The notes below the pieces were generated by a model. The model did no database searches. It had not been told where the DNA came from and was given only the letters and a program-made list of their open reading frames with translations. Positions 1-8,585 of a DNA stretch of 64,000 bases are shown one piece after another (position 1 is the first letter of the stretch; each line of letters opens with the position of its first letter). The stretch comes from Acidobacteriota bacterium. Its GTDB lineage: Bacteria; Acidobacteriota; Polarisedimenticolia; JAPUKU01. A program made the position numbers and the translations under genes. The stretch covers positions 20,586 to 84,585 of the forward strand of contig JAPUKU010000045.1 of the NCBI GenBank assembly GCA_027295505.1. The letters are read 5' to 3'.

Positions 1-246
1 ATACCGGGCGAGAGGCTCCTTTCCTACCGCCTCGGACATCCTTTCGCCAGCGTCTTCTACTCAGGCCGGAGGATTCGTTTCGTGGAAGAGGAGGTCACGT
101 TCGATCAGTTTGTGTCCTCGCCCCGCCGCTTCTGGATCTTGATCGATGAGGAGGAACGTTTGGGGCTCGAGCGGCGACACCAGCGGCCCTTCGAGCCGGT
201 TGCCAGCCACGCGGGCCGGCACCTGATCACCAACCTGCCTGCACCC
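1..246 (+). CDS. 3' end of an upstream gene of unknown function (partial; the frame enters from the window edge)
   Basis: Frame +1 is open from nucleotide 1 to the TGA at 244-246 (...FWILIDEEERLGLERRHQRPFEPVASHAGRHLITNLPAP*). The window contains no start codon for it. With only 81 aa the function is not recognisable. Confidence 0.3.
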
Positions 247-949
247 TGAGACGGGCCGCCCGGCGGCAAAACTCGGAGAAACCCGCCGGGGAGCCCACTT
301 CGTAGAAGCGCCGGCGCACGCGGTGGCAGGCGAGCCGCCCTTCAGCGGCGAGGACCGCAAACAGCGCCGGAAGATCGTCTGCCGGCGCGGCCTTCAGGGC
401 CCCGGCGCTGAGCACCGACAATCCGGCATCGAGCCAGCGCATCTGCCTGCTCCCACCCGGCACATAGCGGCACACCCGGCCGTGGCGGGGCTCGACATTG
501 CTGCGCTCGTAGCGGCCATCGTTTCGGTAGACCACCATCAGTGCCGGGCAGCGGCTGGCGCGCTGGGCGCGCTCTGCGGCTGCGTATTCGACCGGCAGGT
601 ACGAGTCGCCGTACAGGACAAAGAAGCGTTCCCCTAGCTGCGGCAGGGCCCGCCGCAATGCCGCCGCCGTGCCAAGCGGGCGATGTCCCTCATCGCTGAT
701 ACGCAGGCACATTTCACCGGCAGGAATGCCGCGCAGATGGCGTCGGATCGGTGCCGCGAGATGGCCGAGGCAGATGACGACGCGCCGGACCCCCTGCCGC
801 CGCGCCCACGCAAGTTGATAGTCAAGAAAACAGGCGTTCTGCACAGGCAGGAGCGATTTCGGCAGGCGCCTTGTGAGAGCGCCCAGCCGCTTCCCATACC
901 CTCCCGCCAGGATGGCGAGCGGAATCCGGGCCGGCGCGGACAGACTCAT
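227..949 (-). CDS. sugar-phosphate nucleotidyltransferase (NTP-transferase family)
   Basis: Glycine-rich nucleotide-binding motif LAILAGGYGKRLG near the N-terminus; YGDSY motif. I trimmed the start to the ATG at 949 (MSLSAPARIPLAILAGG...), which gives a 4-nt overlap with the upstream GT2 gene. Confidence 0.75.
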   Translation of the reverse strand: MSLSAPARIPLAILAGGYGKRLGALTRRLPKSLLPVQNACFLDYQLAWARRQGVRRVVICLGHLAAPIRRHLRGIPAGEMCLRISDEGHRPLGTAAALRRALPQLGERFFVLYGDSYLPVEYAAAERAQRASRCPALMVVYRNDGRYERSNVEPRHGRVCRYVPGGSRQMRWLDAGLSVLSAGALKAAPADDLPALFAVLAAEGRLACHRVRRRFYEVGSPAGFSEFCRRAARLRVQAGW

Positions 950-1677
950 CGGCCGGGGCGACCCATCGCCTCCCGGCGGAAATTCCACAGATCCCGAAGC
1001 ACCAACAGCACCAGCCCGGGCCGGGGGAGGCCCGGCAGAGACTCCGCCTGCGAGCGCCCCCCGCGGCGCTCACGGTGGCGGACCGGAACCTCACGCCATC
1101 GCCCACCTCCGCCGACAATCCGCGCCACGAGCTCGCCGTCCGCCAGATGTGAAAACCTGAGTGACCCGCCGATCGCCTCACTCCGCAACAGCTTGAACGC
1201 ACAGTCGGTGTCCCGGGTCGGAACTCCCAGGAGACAGCGCAGCAGAAGATTGTAGAACCAGGCGGACAGCCGCCGCGGCCACGGATCCACACGCGGGGAA
1301 CGCATTCCGGCTACCAGATCCACTCCCCGGGAGGCGCCCGCCAGCAATGGATAGTCGAGAGGATCAAACTGGCCGTCCGCGTCGCACAGGAACACCCAGG
1401 GCAGGCTCGCTGCCTCGAGCCCGAGCGCGAGCGCACGTCCGTACGCTCGCCGACCTCGCGGCTGCACGACAACCTTGACTCGCTCCTGCCGTCGGCTCCA
1501 CTCGGCCGCCTTCGCGAGCGTGCCGTCAAGCGCCGAGGCGTGCACCACGAGCAAGATTTCCCAGCGATCGCAGGCGGCATCGAGAGCACGCACGGTACGC
1601 TCCACGACCCAATCGATCGCCTCCGCCTCCTCGTAGGCCGGCAGGATGGCGCTAACCTGTAGGGCCGGATCTGCCAC
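946..1677 (-). CDS. family 2 glycosyltransferase (dolichyl-phosphate-mannose synthase-like)
   Basis: N-terminus VSAILPAYEEAEAI followed by a DAD/DxD-type region (VFLCDADGQFDP), typical of GT2 enzymes; co-oriented and overlapping with the NTP-transferase gene. Confidence 0.75.
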   Translation of the reverse strand: MADPALQVSAILPAYEEAEAIDWVVERTVRALDAACDRWEILLVVHASALDGTLAKAAEWSRRQERVKVVVQPRGRRAYGRALALGLEAASLPWVFLCDADGQFDPLDYPLLAGASRGVDLVAGMRSPRVDPWPRRLSAWFYNLLLRCLLGVPTRDTDCAFKLLRSEAIGGSLRFSHLADGELVARIVGGGGRWREVPVRHRERRGGRSQAESLPGLPRPGLVLLVLRDLWNFRREAMGRPGR

Positions 1678-1764
1678 CGCTCAGGCCTCCCCGTCGACGC
1701 TCAGACTTGCGTTCACAAGGATGCCCCCCGATAATGCGCTCTTCCGCAGGGTGATCCTCCTCCT

Positions 1765-3009
1765 TTGAGATCCTCTAATTCATTCTCCGGACCGGGCCGT
1801 CTGCTCCGTGACGCCGACACACCGATCATCCTGGCGACAGGCACTGCCCACCTGCTCAACCATGCTTATCTGCTACTGTACCCCCAGTTCCTCCTCCTGC
1901 TGCAGCAGGAGTTCGGGATCGGCCTGTTCGCCCTGGGCCAGATCGCCAACTTGCATTACCTGGCCGCCGGAGTTGGAGCGCTTCCGGCCGGCTGGCTCGC
2001 CCACAGGATCGGCCCGGTGGCGACGATCCGGACTTTCCTGTTCGGTTCCTCTGCAGCCCTGATTCTGGTGGCCTCCGTGCAGGGGACCCTGAGCCTCGTA
2101 CTGGCGCTGGCCACCCTGGGTGCCTTCTGCAGCCTTTACCATCCCTCGGGCCTGGCGCTTCTGTCCCTGCGATCACGCCGTATGGGACGGGCCCTCGGTC
2201 TGCACGGCGCCATCGGAAACTTCGGAATTGCCTTCACACCGCTGGTGGCCGCGGGGGTGGCGCAGGTGGCCGGCTGGCGTGCGTGCTGCCTTCTCTTCGC
2301 AATTCCCGGCGTGGTCGTGGGATGGAAGTGGCCGGCTCTACCGGAGGGGAACCGATCTGCCTCCCCCGAACCAGCATCCGAGAACGATCCGTTGCCCGCC
2401 AGCCGGGGTGCCGCACAGCAGAACGGACCGGATTCGATTCACTGGCGCCCTCTGCTTTTTCTCTATGTAGCAGTAGCACTCACCGGCTTCGTTTACAAAG
2501 GATTCACGACGTTTCTTACCGTGCGGTTCGCCTCAGGAGACGGGCCCGGAGCGCTGGGAGCAGCAGGCGCAATGGCGACGTTCGTACTCCTCGTCGGTGT
2601 CATCGGTCAGTACGCGGGCGGCAACCTTTCGCAGCGCCTGCCGCCGGTGCCACTTTTTATCACGCTGATCGCGCTCAGCACCCCGTTCCTGGCGCTGATC
2701 GGCACCGGGCGGCACTGGGCCGCCGGCGCGGCAGCCGGCTTTGCGCTCTTCCATTTTGCCGCCCAGCCCGTCAGCAACGGCTACCTGGCCCGGTGCGTTC
2801 CGGCGCGCTACCGCAGCCTGGGGTATGGGCTCTACTTCACGCTGTCTTTCGGCGTCGGATCCTTCGCCACCTCTGCGGCCGGCTATTTGGCCGAGCACAA
2901 AGGCATCGAAGCAGTGTTTCCCTTCCTGGCCATCGTCAGCGCCGCTTCGGTGGTGGCGATCGCGGCCAGCGCCAGCCGAAAGTTGAAGCGGCCACCCGCA
3001 CCGGCCTAG
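1765..3009 (+). CDS. MFS transporter
   Basis: About 12 hydrophobic segments, about 400 aa, with an internal Pro/Ser-rich loop between two 6-helix halves; divergent from the GT2 gene. The start is uncertain. Confidence 0.7.
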   Translation: MRSSNSFSGPGRLLRDADTPIILATGTAHLLNHAYLLLYPQFLLLLQQEFGIGLFALGQIANLHYLAAGVGALPAGWLAHRIGPVATIRTFLFGSSAALILVASVQGTLSLVLALATLGAFCSLYHPSGLALLSLRSRRMGRALGLHGAIGNFGIAFTPLVAAGVAQVAGWRACCLLFAIPGVVVGWKWPALPEGNRSASPEPASENDPLPASRGAAQQNGPDSIHWRPLLFLYVAVALTGFVYKGFTTFLTVRFASGDGPGALGAAGAMATFVLLVGVIGQYAGGNLSQRLPPVPLFITLIALSTPFLALIGTGRHWAAGAAAGFALFHFAAQPVSNGYLARCVPARYRSLGYGLYFTLSFGVGSFATSAAGYLAEHKGIEAVFPFLAIVSAASVVAIAASASRKLKRPPAPA

Positions 3010-3049
3010 GGAAAAACCGCCGGATCCTGCGGCACGATGCGCGGGGCGA

Positions 3050-4033
3050 TCAGCGCGGCGGCCGCAGATTGTAGAAGAAGCCGATCGTCACGCCCACATC
3101 CGGACTGGTGAAGATGTCAGGCAGCGGTGGCAACTCCGAGACCTCGATCGATGCCATGGAGGTGTTCTCGAAGGGCGGGACCCCATCCGAGACCCGATAT
3201 CGTCCCCCCGAGTCGGCCCGCACCCCGTATGAGTCAATCAGGGAGATGCCCGAGACACTACCGTCCTGAGCGATCCGGAAGTTGACGACGGCTACTCCTT
3301 TGATGCCGGTGCGAGCCGCAGGTGGAAGCCTGGCGATCCAGTTCCGGCGGATAATACGCAGCATGACCCGCGCGTAAGGCCCCCAATCGATGGCGGCAGT
3401 GTCAAACGAGACCGTGCCCAGTTCCATCGGAGAGAACCCCCCGGGGTTATCAAAACTCTCCTGCAGCTCACGCTCCGAAATACGGGGAACCGACTGCAGG
3501 AGATCTCCCTTCGAAGCCGGCTCTTCCTGCTCTCCGAGACCGGATTCCGCGGGGCTTTCGGGCACGGGCCGATCCGGTTCCATGCCGACGGCCGGGGCCC
3601 CCTCTCCGGCGGCCGCTTCTGCCTCCGTGGCCCCAGGCTGTAGTTCCGCCACCGATTCCTCCGCCTCCGGCTGGGGAAGAACCTGGACTTTCTGGGCAGT
3701 GTTTCCTTCCGTGTACGGATCGGGATCGGTGGGTGCGGGTACCGGATCCGGGCGCTCCTGGCCTCGCGCACGGCGGGAGCGATCGGACAGCGCCTCCGGC
3801 TCGTCGGGTTCGACCTCTGGCTCGTCGGGAATGTCCACGAACTCGAATCGCAACGGCGGATCTTCGGCCTGCTCGAGTGCCAGCAGTTGTTCCGGGCTGA
3901 GCTGAAAGTAGGCGGCGAACGCCTCGGGCGACCGATCGAGCAACCAGGCGATCAGCAGATGCGCCAGAAGTGCTATGAGGAGCGCCTGCCAGAACCGCAG
4001 GCTGTCCCTCTCGGTTTTCTTCCTGTCGTCCAT
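3050..4033 (-). CDS. TonB-family energy transducer
   Basis: N-terminal TM anchor (ALLIALLAHLLIAWLL), a long Pro/Glu-rich spacer (PDEPEVEPDEPE..PVPAPTDPDP), and a C-terminal TonB-type domain (GIKGVAVVNFRIAQDGSVSGISLIDS..). Confidence 0.6.
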   Translation of the reverse strand: MDDRKKTERDSLRFWQALLIALLAHLLIAWLLDRSPEAFAAYFQLSPEQLLALEQAEDPPLRFEFVDIPDEPEVEPDEPEALSDRSRRARGQERPDPVPAPTDPDPYTEGNTAQKVQVLPQPEAEESVAELQPGATEAEAAAGEGAPAVGMEPDRPVPESPAESGLGEQEEPASKGDLLQSVPRISERELQESFDNPGGFSPMELGTVSFDTAAIDWGPYARVMLRIIRRNWIARLPPAARTGIKGVAVVNFRIAQDGSVSGISLIDSYGVRADSGGRYRVSDGVPPFENTSMASIEVSELPPLPDIFTSPDVGVTIGFFYNLRPPR

Positions 4034-4148
4034 CGCGTCCGTTCAATCATCCAGAGAAACGGCCCGCGACTCCGATCCGGGTGGAATCTACGGCCCTACC
4101 CGGTCCCGGGTCGCCCCGCTATCGCCGCGAGCCGCACCCCTGGGATCA

Positions 4149-4706
4149 TCAGGACGCCGGCCGGATCAGGCTGTTGAAGTGCTCCCAGTCAAAGACCGGG
4201 CCGGGATCCGTCTTGCGGCCCGGAGAGATATGGCAGTGTCCGACGATGCGCTCCCGCGTGATATCAGGATACGCCAGCATGAGGGCTTCCGCCAACGCGG
4301 CCAGGCTTCGGTACTGGGCATCTTCGTAGGAGATGTCGTCGGCTCCCTCCAGCTCAACACCGATCGAGAAATCGTTGCAACGCCTCTGTCCCTCGAAGCA
4401 GGATTCCCCCGCGTGCCAGGCCCGGTCATGCAGCGACACATACTGGATCAGGGATGCGTCGCGACGCACGAACAGGTGGCTGGATACTCGCAGGTCCCTG
4501 ATCTTCGGGAAATAGGGGTGGGCGTTCAGATCGAGGCAGTTGCAGAACAGCTGCTCCACCCAGGGGCCTCCGAACTGACCGGGCGGAAGGCTGATGCCAT
4601 GGACCACGAGCAGGCTGACCGGCACACCTTTGGGACGCGCATCAAAGTTAGGTGAGGGCGAAAACTGCGCCCCTTCGACCCGGCCTCTCTGCAGGTCGAT
4701 GTTCAT
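4149..4706 (-). CDS. ampD: 1,6-anhydro-N-acetylmuramyl-L-alanine amidase AmpD
   Basis: Strong collinear similarity to AmpD: SPNFDARP, LLVVHGISLPPGQFGG, RVSSHLFVRRDASLIQYV, RAWHAGES, RCNDFSIGVELEG, GHCHISPGRKTDPGP. I chose the ATG at 4706 (MNIDLQRG...) as the start. Confidence 0.85.
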   Translation of the reverse strand: MNIDLQRGRVEGAQFSPSPNFDARPKGVPVSLLVVHGISLPPGQFGGPWVEQLFCNCLDLNAHPYFPKIRDLRVSSHLFVRRDASLIQYVSLHDRAWHAGESCFEGQRRCNDFSIGVELEGADDISYEDAQYRSLAALAEALMLAYPDITRERIVGHCHISPGRKTDPGPVFDWEHFNSLIRPAS

Positions 4707-4731
4707 GGTCCGTGCGACGTGTGGAGAGGAA

Positions 4732-5709
4732 TCAGCGGGCGACGTGGGAAACGCGCCCGCGCTCCAGGGCTTCGCGAACCCGCTCTCCCACCTCCAGACA
4801 GGCCTGAAGCGCGCGCCGCCCCTGTTGCCCGTCGACCGAGGCTGGCCGGCCATCGCGGACCGCTCCCCAGAAATCCTGCAGTTCCAGGCCCAGAGGCTCA
4901 GCGCGCCGCACCGGCAGCGTACGGCTCACGATCTGCGGAAGGGCGCCCTTCTCGGGCCGGTCAAGGGCGTAATGCAGCACTTCCTGTTGGGAGTAATCGA
5001 GCGACAGGTAGCTCGTGGACTCGAACACCCTCAGCTTGCGCACCTTGCCGACGCTGATGCGGCTGGCCGTGAGGTTGGCGGCGGCTCCGTTGCGAAAGAC
5101 GATGCGGGCGTTGGCAATGTCGAGACGCGAACTAAGAGCCTGAACACCCACGGCATCGATACGCTCCACCTCGGAGCGCACCAGGTTGAGAACCACGTCG
5201 ATGTCATGGATCATGAGATCCAAAATCACGTCGATGTCCAGGCTTCGCGGCTGGAACGAGCCCAGACGGTGGGCCTCGATGAAGCGCGGATCATGGCACA
5301 CCTCTCGCAGCGCCGTCACGGCTGGATTGAACCTCTCGGTGTGACCGACCTGCAACAGCGCCCCTTTCCGTTCGGCAAGAGCAATGAGCCGATCCGCTCC
5401 ATCCAGAGCGGCGGCGATCGGCTTCTCCACGAGCACAGCCACACCACGCTCGAGAAGAGACGCCGTGACAATCTCATGATGCTCGGTGGGTACTGATACC
5501 ACGGCGGCATCCAGCTCGAGGCCGGGCAGATCTCTCACCGCGCAGGCCGGCGCACCGTAGCGTCCCGCAACCTCATGGGCGCGTGCGGAATCGGTATCCA
5601 CCACGCCAACCAGATCCACCTCAGGTGACGCGCTGCACAGACGCACCCGGTGCTCACCGATGTTGCCCGCACCGACCACGGCAACTCTGAGCTTGCGCAA
5701 CGCGGTCAC
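4732..5709 (-). CDS. Gfo/Idh/MocA-family NAD(P)-dependent oxidoreductase (possibly a GnnA-like UDP-GlcNAc 3-dehydrogenase)
   Basis: N-terminal Rossmann motif LRVAVVGAGNIGEHR and an EKP motif (VLVEKPIA); length 325 aa; its start overlaps the lpxA stop by 4 nt. Confidence 0.8.
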   Translation of the reverse strand: MTALRKLRVAVVGAGNIGEHRVRLCSASPEVDLVGVVDTDSARAHEVAGRYGAPACAVRDLPGLELDAAVVSVPTEHHEIVTASLLERGVAVLVEKPIAAALDGADRLIALAERKGALLQVGHTERFNPAVTALREVCHDPRFIEAHRLGSFQPRSLDIDVILDLMIHDIDVVLNLVRSEVERIDAVGVQALSSRLDIANARIVFRNGAAANLTASRISVGKVRKLRVFESTSYLSLDYSQQEVLHYALDRPEKGALPQIVSRTLPVRRAEPLGLELQDFWGAVRDGRPASVDGQQGRRALQACLEVGERVREALERGRVSHVAR

Positions 5710-6485
5710 CGTACCACTCCCCTCTTCGCGCCACGCATGAACTCCGCCAGGTAGCGGACCTCTTCGAAATTTTCGAGTTCCGCCGTCAGCTCAGCGAGCG
5801 ATTGATCGATCGGCAACCTCGAACGCACCAGGACCTGATAGGCCCGGCGCAAAGCCTTGACGGCGTCAGCGCTGAACTGCTTGCGCTTGAGCCCGATGAC
5901 GTTGATGCCGTGGGTCGAGGCACGGTTCCCTACCGTGAGCACGAACGGCAGGGCATCCTGCGTAACGACCGAATAACCGCCGATGTATGCGTGCCGCCCG
6001 ACCCTGCAGAACTGGTGCACACCCGAGAAGGCCCCGATGGTGGCATGATCCTCCACGACGACATGTCCCGCGAGCGTGGCGGCGTTGGCTAACAGCGTGT
6101 GGCTTCCGATCTGGCAGTCGTGGGCGATGTGCGTGTAAGCCATGAAGTAATTATGATCGCCAATGCGAGTCTCTCCCCCCCCGCCCTTCGTCCCGACATG
6201 GACAGTCATGAACTCGCGGAAAACATTGTCACGTCCAATGTGCAGGCGCGTGTGCTCACCCCGAAACTTGAGATCCTGGGGAGGTTGTCCGATTGAGGAG
6301 AAGGGGAAGAAGTGACAGCCTTCCTCGACTACCGTGTCACCCTGCAAGACAACGTGCGAATCAAGCCGACACCCACGCCCCAGGCGCACGCCTGCGCCCA
6401 CCTGGCAAACGGCTCCGATCTCGGTGTCTTCACCAAGTTCCGCTCCGGTCTCGACGATGGCACTGGGGTGTATGCGGGCGATCAG
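5706..6485 (-). CDS. lpxA: acyl-ACP--UDP-N-acetylglucosamine O-acyltransferase LpxA (start codon non-canonical or uncertain)
   Basis: Left-handed beta-helix hexapeptide repeats and LpxA-specific motifs (IGQPPQDLKFRGEHTRLHIGRDNVFREFMTVHVGT, HIAHDCQIG, GINVIGLKR). The in-frame sequence upstream of the first GTG (6401) encodes the conserved LpxA N-terminus ..[24 protein letters not shown], with no ATG/GTG/TTG before it. A CTG at 6483-6485 overlaps the fabZ TGA. Confidence 0.8.
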   Translation of the reverse strand: MIARIHPSAIVETGAELGEDTEIGAVCQVGAGVRLGRGCRLDSHVVLQGDTVVEEGCHFFPFSSIGQPPQDLKFRGEHTRLHIGRDNVFREFMTVHVGTKGGGGETRIGDHNYFMAYTHIAHDCQIGSHTLLANAATLAGHVVVEDHATIGAFSGVHQFCRVGRHAYIGGYSVVTQDALPFVLTVGNRASTHGINVIGLKRKQFSADAVKALRRAYQVLVRSRLPIDQSLAELTAELENFEEVRYLAEFMRGAKRGVVR

Positions 6486-6922
6486 GGCGTCCCCCCCTCG
6501 GCGAGCGCGGAGAGAATCTCCGCTTCCGCCACCAGCGAGCCATCCACGTACGCCCGGCCTTGCATCTTGGCGGCTCGAGAGCGAACCTTGAGCACCTTCA
6601 GCTCCAGACGAAGCTGATCGCCCGGGCGCACCGGTCGGCGGAAGCGAGTCTTGTCAATGCCTGTGAAATAGACGATGCGTCGCTTTTCTTCCGGCAAGCT
6701 GGACAGCAGAAGCACGGCGCCGACCTGGGCCATGGCCTCCACGACGAGCACCCCGGGCATCACCGGATGGCCCGGAAAGTGCCCCTGGAAAAACGGCTCA
6801 TTAAACGATACGGACTTGATCCCCACGGCGCTCTCGCCTTCACGGATTTCAATGATCCGATCCAGGAGCAGAAACGGATAGCGATGGGGCAGGATCTTCT
6901 GAATTTCCTCGACGTTCAGCAC
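6482..6922 (-). CDS. fabZ: 3-hydroxyacyl-ACP dehydratase FabZ
   Basis: 146 aa with hot-dog fold motifs: [36 protein letters not shown]. Confidence 0.95.
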   Translation of the reverse strand: MLNVEEIQKILPHRYPFLLLDRIIEIREGESAVGIKSVSFNEPFFQGHFPGHPVMPGVLVVEAMAQVGAVLLLSSLPEEKRRIVYFTGIDKTRFRRPVRPGDQLRLELKVLKVRSRAAKMQGRAYVDGSLVAEAEILSALAEGGTP

Positions 6923-6926
6923 GCGA

Positions 6927-7958
6927 TCACCCCTTCCTCCTCTTGCCCTTCACCGGCGCTAGTTTGCCTCGTAAGCGCCGCAATAGATCGGGCAGCCGAC
7001 TTAGTGCCGTGACGATCCGCTTCCACTCTCTGTGGTCGATGGCCGGGTGGCCAATGACAAACGCCCCCGGCGGCAGATCCCGCAGGACAGCGGACTTGGC
7101 GCCCACCCGGGCGCCGTCACCCAGGTTCAGGTGGCCGGCTGCGCCCGACTGCCCCGCCATGGCCACGTCCCGCCCTAGGCGTGTGCTGCCGGCCAGGCCA
7201 CTCTGTGCGGCCAGCGCGCAATGCTCACCGATTTCGACATTGTGCGCCACCTGAACAAGGTTGTCGATCTTGGTGCCACGGGCAATGCGCGTGGGACCGA
7301 GCGTGCCCCGGTCAATGGTCGTATTGGCACCGATCTCGACGTCATCTCCCACTTCTACCCAACCCACCTGCGGGATCTTGCGGTACTCCTCGCCCCGGCG
7401 TGCGAAGCCAAAACCATCGCTTCCGAGGACCGCACCCGCGTGCACGATGACTCGATTTCCGAGAACCGTGCGCCGATAAAGGGTTGCGTTGGGGCACACA
7501 ATCGTGTCCTCACCGATCCGGCATCCGTCTCCGATCACCGCGCCGGACTGGATCTGTGCCCGGGCGCCGACATGGCATTCCCGCCCCAGTACGGCGCCCG
7601 GTTGAATCGTCGCCTGCGGATGGACCGAGCAGTCCGCACCGATTTTCGCCTGCGGATCGATGCCAGCAGCCACCCTCTCAGGGGGATGAAAAATCTCCAG
7701 CACTTCCGATAAGGCCAGATAGGGATCCTCAACCCGGAGAAGGTTGCGGCCGGACAGGCTGCCGCGCTTGGACACCAGCAGAGCACCTGCACGGCTTTCT
7801 CCAGCCCGGCGAGAGTAATCGGCCCGTGCCACGAAAGCCATATGCTCGGGACCGGCATCCTGCAGCGTCCGCACCCCCTGGAGCTTCAGGCCAGAGTCGC
7901 CCTCCACCTCGCCCCCCACCTGGTTGGCGATCTCGCCGAGCGTGATCGAACGCTCCAA
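6927..7958 (-). CDS. lpxD: UDP-3-O-(3-hydroxyacyl)glucosamine N-acyltransferase LpxD
   Basis: 343 aa with an N-terminal LpxD domain plus hexapeptide repeats; sits between skp and fabZ as in the canonical cluster. Confidence 0.9.
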   Translation of the reverse strand: MERSITLGEIANQVGGEVEGDSGLKLQGVRTLQDAGPEHMAFVARADYSRRAGESRAGALLVSKRGSLSGRNLLRVEDPYLALSEVLEIFHPPERVAAGIDPQAKIGADCSVHPQATIQPGAVLGRECHVGARAQIQSGAVIGDGCRIGEDTIVCPNATLYRRTVLGNRVIVHAGAVLGSDGFGFARRGEEYRKIPQVGWVEVGDDVEIGANTTIDRGTLGPTRIARGTKIDNLVQVAHNVEIGEHCALAAQSGLAGSTRLGRDVAMAGQSGAAGHLNLGDGARVGAKSAVLRDLPPGAFVIGHPAIDHREWKRIVTALSRLPDLLRRLRGKLAPVKGKRRKG

Positions 7959-7969
7959 ACCCGCTTTCC

Positions 7970-8524
7970 TCAGTTGGCCTTGGAGGCGCTCTGTGCGGCG
8001 GCGTTCAGCCTGCTGACGATGAGATCGGTAATGTCCACGCTGGGAGATACAAACGCCACCGCCGCGCGATCGAGGATGAGGGAGTAGCCTGCTTGCCGGC
8101 CCAGCGTTTCAATGACCTCGAGAACTTTTTTCTGAAACTTCTGTTCTATGTCTGAAACCTGCGCCTGGACCGCTCGATTGGCGTCGTCCCGGACACGCTT
8201 GAGCTCGATGCCTTTCTGCTGCATCTCCCGTTCACGCTCGCTGCGGCGGTCCTCGCTCAGGCTGGGCTCCTGCTGCCGGAACATCTCCTGAAGAGCCCTG
8301 AATTCCTCCTCCTTCTTCTGAACCTCGCCACGCTTTGCCTTGGTGAGGGACTCAATCTCAGATCGCATTTCCTTACCGATCTGGCTGAGCTCGAATACTC
8401 GCGCCGGATCGAAAACACCGATCTTCGAGGCCTCACCAGCCTGGGCCAGAATGTCGCTCGATCCGGCCCCTAGCCAGAGTCCTGCCAGCACGGCGGCTGC
8501 CGCACAGGCTTTCGATGGTCTCAT
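7970..8524 (-). CDS. skp: periplasmic chaperone Skp (OmpH)
   Basis: Signal peptide (MRPSKACAAAAVLAGLWLGA) followed by a long coiled-coil, Lys/Glu/Gln-rich region; located immediately downstream of bamA. Start set at the ATG at 8524. Confidence 0.8.
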   Translation of the reverse strand: MRPSKACAAAAVLAGLWLGAGSSDILAQAGEASKIGVFDPARVFELSQIGKEMRSEIESLTKAKRGEVQKKEEEFRALQEMFRQQEPSLSEDRRSEREREMQQKGIELKRVRDDANRAVQAQVSDIEQKFQKKVLEVIETLGRQAGYSLILDRAAVAFVSPSVDITDLIVSRLNAAAQSASKAN

Positions 8525-8585
8525 GAACACCTCCTGCGGGATGGGTAGTTCATCCACCCGCCCAACTATTTAGGATAGCACATGC

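Noticed and set aside
3390-4046. Overlapping 171-aa (+) and 192-aa (-) ORFs within the TonB-like gene region
   Set aside because: Alternative frames of the Pro/Glu-rich spacer. Their translations are Ser/Gly/Arg-rich low-complexity.
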